Source: a bacterium
GTDB lineage: Bacteria > Patescibacteriota > Patescibacteriia > Patescibacteriales > GWE2-39-37
NCBI GenBank assembly: GCA_037146995.1
Contig: JBAWWA010000007.1
Coordinates: 22 to 64,021 of the forward strand
DNA length: 64,000 nucleotides
Reading direction: 5' to 3'
The notes under the pieces were generated by a model, which did no database searches, was not told the DNA's origin, and was given only the letters and a program-made list of their open reading frames with translations. Positions 46,554-56,048 of this stretch are shown here, one piece after another (within the stretch, counting starts at the first letter, position 1; each line of letters starts with the position of its first letter). A program made the translations under genes and the position numbers.

Positions 46554-47592
46554 TAAATAATTGAGAAAATTCCACCTTGCTCATGACCACCTTGCTGCGT
46601 TGTACTTTATGTTTTATCAGACTTCTTAGACGAAAAACACTGAGCAATTCACCCAAAACAAATCTTTCAAATAACAGCCCATACACAATTTTGACTATGA
46701 TATGCATGCTTGCACGAATCCTTAATTCAAGAGTCATTAAAGCCCAATATTTATATATAATGATTAACTGATTTTTAAAAGACCAGCGTTTAATTTGAGC
46801 ACTGATTTTGCGTCTACCATTGATTATTGACATAAAACCACGATTCGAACCGGAGGCGCTTCTATCATGATATGCCACAGCATTGGGCACTAAAACAGTC
46901 TTTAGGCCGTGCAACTTAAATCGGACAGACAAATCACAATCTTCTTTGTACATAAAAAACAATTCGTCAAACAATTCATTATTCTCAAAATTAGATTTTA
47001 GAGTATTTAAATTAAACATAGCAGCCGCGCCGGTAAAGCCAAAAACTTCGACAGGCTTATATATTTGATTGCGATCAATTTGACCTTGCAAGTAATCATT
47101 AAACATAAAATTATGATTAGCAACCAGACCACAACTATCAATAATTTTAGTTTTAACATTATTAATAAAATCCCACCGAAGTAATTTCGGTACAGCCACG
47201 GCAACATCATGACATAGCAACAGATAATTATACAAAATTTGCACAAAATCTTGATTCAATATCATGTCAACATTTAACATCAAGAAAAAATCAGCCTGCT
47301 TTTCGATTGCCCGCTTGATCAGCATGTTATAGGCAGAGCCAAAACCAATATTGGCATGATCACCAAAAAATTCTGTTGTCAAATTAGCTTCAATTATTTT
47401 TTGTTTATTAATTTCAAATCCAGAGGTCGAATTATCATAAACCAAAAGTTCAAAGTCTTTGAATGTTTGACTTTCAAGCGAAGTTAAAAAATACGACAAA
47501 TATTTTGCCGTTGATTCATTATATGTAACAATCCCAATAATTATTTTATTCATTGCAATTAATTTCCTCCTTAAACTCTCTAATGAAATCAC
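46546..47592 (-). CDS. glycosyltransferase family 2 (start may be 47553, MNKIIIGIVTYNE)
   Basis: Motifs IGIVTYNE, VYDNST, NIGFGSAYN, LNVDM and MYKEDCD. Confidence 0.75.
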   Translation of the reverse strand: MISLESLRRKLIAMNKIIIGIVTYNESTAKYLSYFLTSLESQTFKDFELLVYDNSTSGFEINKQKIIEANLTTEFFGDHANIGFGSAYNMLIKRAIEKQADFFLMLNVDMILNQDFVQILYNYLLLCHDVAVAVPKLLRWDFINNVKTKIIDSCGLVANHNFMFNDYLQGQIDRNQIYKPVEVFGFTGAAAMFNLNTLKSNFENNELFDELFFMYKEDCDLSVRFKLHGLKTVLVPNAVAYHDRSASGSNRGFMSIINGRRKISAQIKRWSFKNQLIIIYKYWALMTLELRIRASMHIIVKIVYGLLFERFVLGELLSVFRLRSLIKHKVQRSKVVMSKVEFSQLFNE

Positions 47593-48196
47593 TCATATAC
47601 TCATGACGATGATTTGCCAAAATTCGACCAGTATCTGTAAGCATGCGTGCAGCTACGAATTTAAGCTTTACTTCATACTCAAGTATGCCAGTATCCTCAA
47701 CTGTATAAGAATATTTATCATGATCTTTTTCCTGTGCTAATAATTCTTCCCTGCCTGTATATATTTCCGCCCCAACCTTGCCTGCAAAATAAAAAGCCCT
47801 AGCTAGCCCGATTGCGCCAATTGAATCAAGTTTATCTGCATCAAAAATAATTTTTGCCTCTAAACTTTGCGGTGCCAAATTCTTTCGATATCGATGTGTT
47901 TTGATACAACCTATTATATTTTGCTTGTCGGCATCTGAGATAGGAAACCCAGCTAATATTTTTTCGGCTTGCTCGCTGCCGAGTTCAGCATGACAACCTT
48001 GACCCTTTGAATCCATCTCTGCCTTTCGACCTATATCATGTAGCAAAGCTGCCACCTCAACGACAAACAAATTAGCATTCTCTGCCTTGGCAATTTTCAA
48101 TGCTAGCAATCTAACAGAATTAACATGCAGCCAACCGTGACAACCACTGGCACCCTGCATCATTTCCTTGGCAATGGCCTCAATCTGATTAATCAT
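47546..48196 (-). CDS. HD-domain phosphohydrolase
   Basis: Motifs HGWLHVNSV and AALLHDIGR (HD motif), and FDADKLD. Confidence 0.75.
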   Translation of the reverse strand: MINQIEAIAKEMMQGASGCHGWLHVNSVRLLALKIAKAENANLFVVEVAALLHDIGRKAEMDSKGQGCHAELGSEQAEKILAGFPISDADKQNIIGCIKTHRYRKNLAPQSLEAKIIFDADKLDSIGAIGLARAFYFAGKVGAEIYTGREELLAQEKDHDKYSYTVEDTGILEYEVKLKFVAARMLTDTGRILANHRHEYMSDFIREFKEEINCNE

Positions 48197-48200
48197 ATGT

Positions 48201-48926
48201 TCAGATTACCATTCTCTTATCTAATTTTTCCCTAGCTAATTCCTGGGCCTTAAAGAGTGACTCAAACGTGCCTGCATCAAGCCATTCACCATTTACCATC
48301 GCAACATCAAGCTCCCCGAGTTTTAAAAAGTAATTATGTAGATCCACAATCTCTAATTCTCCCCTGTCGCTTGGTTTGCAATTCTTAGCCGCTTGCACTA
48401 CTCGATTATCATAAACATATAAACCAGTCAGAGCATAATCTGATATCCATTGCTGCGGCTTTTCTTGAATTTCAATCGCGTGCATATGTTCATCAAACTT
48501 AACCACGCCAAATCTTTCCGGGTCAGAAACTTTTTTTGCAAAAACTTTACCACCTTTCTTAAAATTCATTATTTCATCAGAAAAATCTTCCTCAAAAATA
48601 TTATCACCAAGAATCATGGCCACATTATCATCACCAATAAAACTCTCGCCAATAGTAAAAGCCTCTGGTAAACCAGCTGGCTTATCCTGAATCTCGTAAG
48701 TAAATTTAACTCCGAATTCTTTGCCTGATCCGAGTAAATTCAGATAATCCCCTGCGCGCTCTGGCGCAATAATAATTAGAATCTCCTTAATGCCAGCAGT
48801 AATTAAAGTATTCAAAGGATAATAAATCATCGGCCTATTGTAGATAGGCAATAGTTGCTTTGAAGTAATTTTTGTAAGCGGACGCAAACGAGTACCCGAA
48901 CCACCTGATAAAATAATACCTTTCAT
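48201..48926 (-). CDS. rfbA: glucose-1-phosphate thymidylyltransferase-like sugar nucleotidyltransferase (short form)
   Basis: N-terminus MKGIILSGGSGTRLRPLTKITSKQLLPIYNRPMIYYPL. The 241-aa length and rfbD/rfbB context fit. Confidence 0.8.
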   Translation of the reverse strand: MKGIILSGGSGTRLRPLTKITSKQLLPIYNRPMIYYPLNTLITAGIKEILIIIAPERAGDYLNLLGSGKEFGVKFTYEIQDKPAGLPEAFTIGESFIGDDNVAMILGDNIFEEDFSDEIMNFKKGGKVFAKKVSDPERFGVVKFDEHMHAIEIQEKPQQWISDYALTGLYVYDNRVVQAAKNCKPSDRGELEIVDLHNYFLKLGELDVAMVNGEWLDAGTFESLFKAQELAREKLDKRMVI

Positions 48927-48932
48927 ATAAAA

Positions 48933-49817
48933 TCATTTACTATTAATATATTCTCTTAACGCCTCCTTGTAACTTCTTAGGCTAATGAATTTCGTATTTT
49001 TTAAAACTGAAAATTTTGGCCGCTTAGCTGGTCTGGGAAAATCACCAGCCGTAATTGGCATGACTTTAGTTTTTGTGTGGGTCATCTCGAATAATGCCAA
49101 TACCGCTTGGTACCAGGTTGCCGAATCTTCATTAACTATATGATAAATACCATAACCATAATCATTTTGAATCAAGGTCCATACAGCTTGCGCCAAGTCT
49201 AACGTATAGGTAAAGCAACTAACCTCCTCATTGACAACATCAATCGATTCTTTTTCTCTAGCCAACTGCAACATAACATCAAAAAAACTCGCTTTAGCCA
49301 CCTCAGAAGTTCCTCGCGGGCCAAACAACTTTGATGTCCTGATGATATACCATTCAAGACCCTTGCCGGATAGCCTGATTATTTGCTCTTCGCCCATTCG
49401 CTTGGTCATCCCATATTTTGAAATTGGGGCTGGCATGGCCATCTCGTCATAGCCAGAAGTATTTTCGCCATCGAATACATAATCAGTCGAAAAATGAACC
49501 AAAATAGCTCCATTTTCAAGCGCTGCCTCTGCTAAATAACCCACTGCATCGGCATTTAATTTCTTACCAGTCTCAAAACCTTCATCAGTTTCGATCAAGT
49601 CAACCGCATTAAAGGCCACACAATTAATAATCACTCGCGGCTTAATGTCACTAATTTTTTTTTGCACCAACTCCTTATCGGTTATATCAATCTCTGTTCT
49701 ATCCCAGGCAATAACCTCATTTATCGCTGAAAAATCGACCTTGTCACCAGCTTGATCGATAATTTTAACAAGTTGCGATCCTAAATTGCCTTTCGCACCT
49801 AAAATTAATACTTTCAT
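48933..49817 (-). CDS. rfbD: dTDP-4-dehydrorhamnose reductase family (RmlD-type SDR)
   Basis: Motifs MKVLILGAKGNLG, STDYVFDG and YGMTKRMGE (YxxxK). Confidence 0.85.
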   Translation of the reverse strand: MKVLILGAKGNLGSQLVKIIDQAGDKVDFSAINEVIAWDRTEIDITDKELVQKKISDIKPRVIINCVAFNAVDLIETDEGFETGKKLNADAVGYLAEAALENGAILVHFSTDYVFDGENTSGYDEMAMPAPISKYGMTKRMGEEQIIRLSGKGLEWYIIRTSKLFGPRGTSEVAKASFFDVMLQLAREKESIDVVNEEVSCFTYTLDLAQAVWTLIQNDYGYGIYHIVNEDSATWYQAVLALFEMTHTKTKVMPITAGDFPRPAKRPKFSVLKNTKFISLRSYKEALREYINSK

Positions 49818-49819
49818 AA

Positions 49820-50785
49820 TTACTTCCTTAGATTACGCCACCACTTTTCATTTTCCTTATACCAATTTACTGTCAAAGTTAAGCCGGTTTTAAAATCAAT
49901 TCGCGGATACCAACCCAATTCTTGTTTTGCTTTTTCAATATTCATAGCATAGCGTAAATCATGACCCTTTCGATCCTCTACGTACTCGATCATTTCATGT
50001 CCAAAACCCATTAATGACAAAACTTGCTCTGTGATATCCAAATTAGATAATTCATTTTCTCCGCCCAAACAATAGGTTTCGCCAGGCTTGCCTTGCTTTA
50101 TTATCAACTCAACCCCGGCATTGTGATCATCAACATAAATCCAGTCTCTAATATTCGAGCCCTTACCGTATACAGGCACTTTTTTGCCATCGATGAGGTT
50201 TGTAACAAAGAGTGGAATTAATTTTTCGGGAAATTGAAATGGACCATAATTATTAGTACAGTTGGAAATTGTGATAGGCAATCCATGAGTATGATAATAA
50301 GCCCTTACCAAGTGGTCAGAGGCTGCTTTGGATGCACTATATGGACTCCGCGGATCATATGGAGTTTTTTCGTTAAATTTTTCATCCTCCATGGAAAGCG
50401 AACCAAAGACCTCATCGGTTGAAACGTGATGAAAGCGTTTATTGCCATTATTCCTCGCTGCTTCAAGAAGTACTTGAGTCCCTACCACATTCGTACGCAC
50501 AAATGAAGCCGAATCCCTAATGGAACGGTCAACATGAGACTCGGCCGCAAAATGCACGACTATATCGATTTTTTTTACAAGACCATCAACCAAAACAGAA
50601 TCGCAAATGTCACCTTGAACAAACTCATAATTTGGTGACACCTCTAGATCGACAAGACTCTCGCGCACGCCTGCATAGGTTAATAAATCCAAATTAATAA
50701 TTGAGTCTTGCGGATTATTTCTTAAATACTGTCTGATGAAATTTGATCCGATAAAACCAGCGCCACCTGTAACCAATAACTTCAT
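49820..50785 (-). CDS. rfbB: dTDP-glucose 4,6-dehydratase
   Basis: Motifs LLVTGGAGFIGSNF, HVSTDEVFG, YSASKAASDH and RDWIYVDDH. Confidence 0.92.
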   Translation of the reverse strand: MKLLVTGGAGFIGSNFIRQYLRNNPQDSIINLDLLTYAGVRESLVDLEVSPNYEFVQGDICDSVLVDGLVKKIDIVVHFAAESHVDRSIRDSASFVRTNVVGTQVLLEAARNNGNKRFHHVSTDEVFGSLSMEDEKFNEKTPYDPRSPYSASKAASDHLVRAYYHTHGLPITISNCTNNYGPFQFPEKLIPLFVTNLIDGKKVPVYGKGSNIRDWIYVDDHNAGVELIIKQGKPGETYCLGGENELSNLDITEQVLSLMGFGHEMIEYVEDRKGHDLRYAMNIEKAKQELGWYPRIDFKTGLTLTVNWYKENEKWWRNLRK

Positions 50786-50789
50786 AAAA

Positions 50790-51179
50790 TTAATTAACTA
50801 TTTTATTAAGCACCTCATTCATTTCACTTTCCCCACAAGTCATGGTCGGCCAGAAATTACTCAAACCGTCACCGAGCTTTCGAGGAATCAAATGCAAATG
50901 AAAATGAGAAACATCTTGACCTACTACCGATAGAACCACAAAATCAGCTGCTAATTTTTCTTTGAGCGTCACCATTAAGTCCTTAGCAACACTGAAAATA
51001 TGAGCTATTAAAGCCTCAGGAGTTTCAGTCATGTCCTTATAATGATCTTTTGGGATCACCAGCACATGCCCAGAAGTAACAGGCTTTATATCCAAAAATG
51101 CCAAACAGCTAGCATCTTCATAAACTTTATAGCAAGACAATTCGTTGGCAGCAATTTTACAAAAAATACATTCACTCAT
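50790..51179 (-). CDS. HIT-family nucleotide hydrolase/transferase
   Basis: CIFCKI, GHVLVIPK and the histidine triad HFHLHLIP. Confidence 0.85.
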   Translation of the reverse strand: MSECIFCKIAANELSCYKVYEDASCLAFLDIKPVTSGHVLVIPKDHYKDMTETPEALIAHIFSVAKDLMVTLKEKLAADFVVLSVVGQDVSHFHLHLIPRKLGDGLSNFWPTMTCGESEMNEVLNKIVN

Positions 51180-51180
51180 T

Positions 51181-52245
51181 TTATTTTCCTAAATCCTTAA
51201 ATAACGGCATGCCATTCGTCGTGCCCACCGGTATATACATCGTACCTTGCCTATCCTTCAGACTATTAATGTACTGATAGTAAAGGTAGTTTTGTGATAA
51301 ACTTTCATTAATTATTTTTTGCGAATCGCGTTGTCCTTCAGCCTCAATAATCTTTCTTTGCTTTTCTTTCTTTTCCTTTTCCAGAATAAAATCATATTTC
51401 TGAGCTTCCTGATCAGCCGCCAACTTCGCCTGAATGGCCGCAGATAAATCAGCAGGCAAACCAACATCACGTAAAAGAATCTGCTCTAGGATAATTCCTC
51501 TTGAGTCCATGCTCTTTTTGAGTCCGGCAAAAATCTTATCATTGGCCTCTTCGCGCTTGTCGGCATATATTTCTTTTGCCGTATATTGAGAAGCAACTCC
51601 ACGAATAGTTGAACGAATCTCGGGACGAATAACTTTTTCTTCATAATCCAAGCCGATAGTCTTGTAAATACTTGCGGCCTGCAAACGATCAAGCTTGTAT
51701 AAAACCGTTATATCCATAGAAATATTCAACCCCTCTTTTGTCAAAGCAGCGATTGAATCATCACCCACAACTTTACCTTCACCAATCGACCTCGACATGG
51801 TATATTCCTGGGTTTGTGCATTCATCCTAATAATATTGGCAAATGGGTTGACCAGATGAAAGCCAGGTTCAAGTGAAATATCCCTGACTTTACCAAATAA
51901 AGAATAAACCCCAACCTCACTAGCGTCGATAACATAAAAACTTGATGCAACCAACCATATTGCAAAAATCAATGCCAAAAATGCCATAACAGTCTTTTTT
52001 ACGCCGCCAAATATTTTATTACCCCAACTTAATGGATCGTATTCCACACTTGATGAGCTAGCCATAGGTTTTGAATTAATATTTTTAAGATTAAATAAAA
52101 TAAACACCGAAAATATGAAAAATAAGACAAATAATAATTTGCCAAAAATACCATACAAGAATAAAACTAAAAAAAACGTAGTAAGGAGTAATCTAAGCTT
52201 ATCCTGAACTGAGGCTTGTCTAAAAGTATTTATAAAAAATAGCAT
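51181..52245 (-). CDS. SPFH/Band-7 (prohibitin-like) membrane protein
   Basis: N-terminal TMs, then an SPFH core (VGVYSLFGKV...EPGFHLVNPF...) and a coiled-coil C-terminus. Confidence 0.8.
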   Translation of the reverse strand: MLFFINTFRQASVQDKLRLLLTTFFLVLFLYGIFGKLLFVLFFIFSVFILFNLKNINSKPMASSSSVEYDPLSWGNKIFGGVKKTVMAFLALIFAIWLVASSFYVIDASEVGVYSLFGKVRDISLEPGFHLVNPFANIIRMNAQTQEYTMSRSIGEGKVVGDDSIAALTKEGLNISMDITVLYKLDRLQAASIYKTIGLDYEEKVIRPEIRSTIRGVASQYTAKEIYADKREEANDKIFAGLKKSMDSRGIILEQILLRDVGLPADLSAAIQAKLAADQEAQKYDFILEKEKKEKQRKIIEAEGQRDSQKIINESLSQNYLYYQYINSLKDRQGTMYIPVGTTNGMPLFKDLGK

Positions 52246-52436
52246 TATGATCTAGAACTAAGTATTAAAATTATACTAATTATTAGCCAAAAAATCAATA
52301 AATATCCAGTATTTATATAGGCAAGTACTACACCAGGCTTTATAAACTCAAGTAGACAGGATATAGCAAAAAATATTCCTATAAATACGAATATTTCATT
52401 TAATATTAGCTTAAATTTATTTTTTTTAATTATCAT
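52245..52436 (-). CDS. small two-TM membrane protein (63 aa from ATG 52436)
   Basis: The stop overlaps the SPFH start. The ATG at 52436 is preceded by TATAAT plus 6 nt. The track start at 52502 would overlap the divergent SOD gene. Confidence 0.4.
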   Translation of the reverse strand: MIIKKNKFKLILNEIFVFIGIFFAISCLLEFIKPGVVLAYINTGYLLIFWLIISIILILSSRS

Positions 52437-52442
52437 GCTATA

Positions 52443-52448
52443 ATTATA
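52443..52448 (-). promoter_or_regulatory. -10 box TATAAT 6 nt upstream of ATG 52436 (leaderless candidate)
   Basis: The minus strand reads gttgcTATAATtatagcATG. Confidence 0.4.
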
Positions 52449-52495
52449 GCAACGTTCAAGCATATTGAGCAAACATTTATTATTAAACGATAAAT

Positions 52496-53071
52496 ATGAC
52501 ATACGAAATTAAAAATTATAATCACCTCTTGGGTCTAACTGGATTTTCAGACCAACTTTTAAACAATCATTTCACGCTTTACGGCGGCTATGTCACTAAT
52601 ACTAACAAGCTGGCCGACAGATTAAAGGAGCTAGAGCTCACAGAATCAGCACCGACGCCAGAATATACTGAATTAAAAAGACGTTTTGGCTGGGAATGGA
52701 ATGGCATGAGACTTCATGAATTATATTTTGACAATCTAACCAAGGACTCAAGCTCAGCCAGTGACTTAAAAATATCAGAATTGATAACGAAAAATTTTGG
52801 CTCATTTGAAAATTGGGAGAAAAGCTTTCGTTCCATTGCGGCTATGCGAGGAATCGGCTGGGTTATACTGTACCACGATGTCCAAGCTGACACCCTCGTC
52901 AATATATGGGTGAATGAACATGATGCTGGTCATCTTGCTGGTGCCAAACCACTGCTAATTATGGATGTTTTTGAGCATTCATTCATGCTTGACTATGGCC
53001 TTAAAAGAGCGGATTACATTAATGCATTCTTTAATGCGATAAATTGGAATTCTGTTAATAATCGAATATAG
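52496..53071 (+). CDS. Fe/Mn superoxide dismutase family protein (divergent N-terminal motif)
   Basis: The C-terminal DVFEHSFMLDY aligns to DxWEHAYY, LHELYF aligns to the second His ligand, and NNHFTLYGGYV aligns to the first His region. Confidence 0.7.
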   Translation: MTYEIKNYNHLLGLTGFSDQLLNNHFTLYGGYVTNTNKLADRLKELELTESAPTPEYTELKRRFGWEWNGMRLHELYFDNLTKDSSSASDLKISELITKNFGSFENWEKSFRSIAAMRGIGWVILYHDVQADTLVNIWVNEHDAGHLAGAKPLLIMDVFEHSFMLDYGLKRADYINAFFNAINWNSVNNRI

Positions 53072-53076
53072 AAAAT

Positions 53077-53104
53077 CAAAACCTCATCAATCGATGAGGT
53101 TTTT
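53077..53104 (+). terminator. rho-independent terminator
   Basis: AAAACCTCATC-AATC-GATGAGGTTTTT. Confidence 0.75.
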
Positions 53105-53110
53105 AATAAT

Positions 53111-53791
53111 ATGAAAAAAATAATTGTAATTTCACTGGGTGGATCATTGATTGTGCCTGAAAAAATAGACAGCGATTTTTTATCGGAATTCAAATCACTA
53201 ATTACTGCAGAAATTAATCATGGCTATAAATTTATTTTGATTTGCGGTGGTGGCAAAACTGCAAGGAACTATCAACAAGCAGCTAGTGTTGTTAGCAGTA
53301 TCAAATCTGAAGATCTTGACTGGCTTGGTATACATGCGACGCGCATCAATGCACATTTACTAAGAACAATATTTAGAAGCGTGGCAGAGTCAAGAATAGT
53401 CACTAACCCAACTGTCAATATAAAATTTACTAAAAACCTACTAATTGCCGCTGGCTGGAAGCCAGGTTTTTCGACTGATTTTGATGCAGTCCTGCTTGCT
53501 AAAAAATTCGGAGCGCATAAAATTATAAATCTCTCGAACATAACCTACGTACATGACAAAGATCCGAATTTACACAAGGACGCAAAACAGATTAAAGAAA
53601 TTTCCTGGAAAAATTTTAGAAAATTATTACCAAAAAGGTGGTCCCCTGGCCTAAATTCGCCATTTGACCCAATAGCAAGCAAGGAAGCAGAATCCTTAGG
53701 ACTGCAAGTAAATATTACAAACGGCCAAGATTTAATTAACCTAAAAAATTGCCTCAATGATGAAGAATTTTTTGGCACGATAATTAAGTAA
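53111..53791 (+). CDS. pyrH: UMP kinase, archaeal-type (short amino-acid-kinase fold)
   Basis: N-terminus IIVISLGGSLIVPE, then LICGGGKTAR, and GWKPGFSTDFDA aligning to GTHPGHTTDAVA of archaeal PyrH. The 226-aa length fits. Confidence 0.8.
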   Translation: MKKIIVISLGGSLIVPEKIDSDFLSEFKSLITAEINHGYKFILICGGGKTARNYQQAASVVSSIKSEDLDWLGIHATRINAHLLRTIFRSVAESRIVTNPTVNIKFTKNLLIAAGWKPGFSTDFDAVLLAKKFGAHKIINLSNITYVHDKDPNLHKDAKQIKEISWKNFRKLLPKRWSPGLNSPFDPIASKEAESLGLQVNITNGQDLINLKNCLNDEEFFGTIIK

Positions 53792-53801
53792 TTTCAGGCA
53801 C

Positions 53802-54947
53802 TTAGCCCAAAGACTTAAAAATCTCAAGGTACTGTGCAGATGTATTTTGCCACGTAAACTTGCTGGCCTGATCAAGACCTTGATTGATTAAGCTCGTTAG
53901 TAATTTTTCACTATTTAAAACTGATTCGATTGCTTTCGCAATCTCAATCACGGAATATGGACTTACATACAAGGCGGCATCACCAAGAATTTCTGGTAGG
54001 CTCGAGGCGTTACTAGCAATTGTAGGCACACCGCAAGCCATCGCTTCAAGCGGCGGAAAACCAAAACCTTCATAATATGAAGGAAAAACAAAAAGTTCAG
54101 CCAGATTGTACAATAATTGCTTGTCGTCCTCATTTACGTAACCAATAAAAATAATGTCCTTTTTATTTGGTGAATTATTAAACGCTTTCATGATTGTATC
54201 GAATTTCCAGCCATCACCACCGGCTATAACTAGTTGTAGCGCTGATGGCCAAGATCTTTTGTATTGATCAAAAGCGTAAATCAAGCTATCAATATTTTTT
54301 CTCGGTTCTACCGTACCCAAATACAAGAGATACTTACTAGCCAGCTGGTATTTATTTTTAAATGCAACCGTTTTGCCAGCATCAATGATCAGTGGTTTAT
54401 TTTTTTTATTCAAACCAGAATAAATAACTTTAACTTTTAGTGGGTTGATATCGAATATTTCAACAATATCTTTTTTAGTATTTTCAGATATCGCAATTAT
54501 CATCTCTGCTCTATTAAGCAATTTTTTCAAATTTAAATGATGATGCCAAAAATTTTTTCTAAAAGAAAAAAACTCCGGATATCTTAAAAATGATAGATCA
54601 TGCACTGTTAATACTAGCTTTGACTTAGGTGATAATCCATAAAAATTAATGTGTGGCATGTAAAATAAATCTACCCCACCAAGGAGCTGGTCAAAAAACG
54701 GTCGCCCAAATGGCTTTAATGAAAAATAATTAAGGAGTTTGTTCGGATAATCATATTTTTCACTCGAAACATTTTTACTAGTAAATACAGGCAATTTATC
54801 TTCTATGTTGTGACTAGAATTAAAAAAAAGACGATACTGATTTTCAGTATCAATCTCAAATATGCCAGTTAATAAATTTAATGTAAACTCGGAAACGCCA
54901 CTGTAATTACTGTCCTGCAGCGTTCTGCCATCAATACCTATGATCAT
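53802..54947 (-). CDS. glycosyltransferase family 4 (GT-B)
   Basis: C-terminal EGFGFPPLEAMACGVPTIAS (E-x7-E motif). Confidence 0.85.
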   Translation of the reverse strand: MIIGIDGRTLQDSNYSGVSEFTLNLLTGIFEIDTENQYRLFFNSSHNIEDKLPVFTSKNVSSEKYDYPNKLLNYFSLKPFGRPFFDQLLGGVDLFYMPHINFYGLSPKSKLVLTVHDLSFLRYPEFFSFRKNFWHHHLNLKKLLNRAEMIIAISENTKKDIVEIFDINPLKVKVIYSGLNKKNKPLIIDAGKTVAFKNKYQLASKYLLYLGTVEPRKNIDSLIYAFDQYKRSWPSALQLVIAGGDGWKFDTIMKAFNNSPNKKDIIFIGYVNEDDKQLLYNLAELFVFPSYYEGFGFPPLEAMACGVPTIASNASSLPEILGDAALYVSPYSVIEIAKAIESVLNSEKLLTSLINQGLDQASKFTWQNTSAQYLEIFKSLG

Positions 54948-56047
54948 AGACTAAATTCAGCTTGTTTTCTTTTGACAAAATCTTCTATTTTAATCTTGAA
55001 ATTTTCAACACTAAACTTTAATGCATGCTCGCGTATCGTCTGCGAATCGTATTTGCTGGTTTCAAATTTGTTCAAAATCACGGATAAGTCATCGGCAGAT
55101 TGGTGATCAAAAAATTCTCCAGTTATACCTTCCACCACCGTTTCAACGGCGCCACCACTTCGATAAGCAATAACTGGTCGACCACTGGCCTGCGCCTCAA
55201 CTACAGTAATGCCAAAATCCTCTTCTTGTGGATTAATAAAAGCTAAACAGTTTTTATAATAATCTGCTTTTTGCGTATTATTGATTCGACCCAAAAATTC
55301 AATATTAGAACAACCCTCTGCCATTTTTTTTAAACGGCTTTCATCAACGCCATCGCCGAAAATCTTTAATTTGTGGCTTGTTCCCTTAATAGCCTCTATC
55401 ACCAGGTCAATGCGCTTATACGGCGCAAGTCGGCCGCCCACCAAAAAATAATCTGAAATTTTATCAGAAATATTAAAACTCGATGTTTCAACCGGTGGAT
55501 AAATCACCTCTGAATCACGCCTATAGTATTTATTAATTCGCTTGGCAACGAACTTAGAATTGGCAATAAAATAATCAACCCGCTGAGCGGCATTAAAATC
55601 CCAGAGACGTAAGAATGACAACAATAATGATATAACCTTTTTAAAATACTTGTTATAATTCAGCTCGTTAATATACTGATGCGTATCACTCCACAAATAC
55701 CTGGTTGGGGTGTGGCAATAACAGATATGCATCGTCTTGGTCGAGGTAACTACACCTTTAGCAAAGGCACTTGCATCCGATATAACAACATCATAAGGCC
55801 TCAAATCAAAAAACTCTACCGCCATCGGCATGAACGGTAAATACCAACGATAATGACTAACGCCGCCAGGCATCTTTTGAATTATCGAAGTTTCAATTCT
55901 CTTGTTTTTATAATTCTTGCTGGCGTTTTCTGACTCGTATAATAAAGTATATATCGGCGCCTCCTTGTACATATCGCAAAAAACTTGCAGCACCTTTTCA
56001 GCGCCGCCATCTTGAGCAAGATGATCATGTATTAATGCTACTTTCAT
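54944..56047 (-). CDS. glycosyltransferase family 4 (GT-B)
   Basis: EDFGITVVEAQASGRPVIAY. The stop overlaps the next gene in an ATGA. Confidence 0.85.
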   Translation of the reverse strand: MKVALIHDHLAQDGGAEKVLQVFCDMYKEAPIYTLLYESENASKNYKNKRIETSIIQKMPGGVSHYRWYLPFMPMAVEFFDLRPYDVVISDASAFAKGVVTSTKTMHICYCHTPTRYLWSDTHQYINELNYNKYFKKVISLLLSFLRLWDFNAAQRVDYFIANSKFVAKRINKYYRRDSEVIYPPVETSSFNISDKISDYFLVGGRLAPYKRIDLVIEAIKGTSHKLKIFGDGVDESRLKKMAEGCSNIEFLGRINNTQKADYYKNCLAFINPQEEDFGITVVEAQASGRPVIAYRSGGAVETVVEGITGEFFDHQSADDLSVILNKFETSKYDSQTIREHALKFSVENFKIKIEDFVKRKQAEFSL

Positions 56048-56048
56048 T

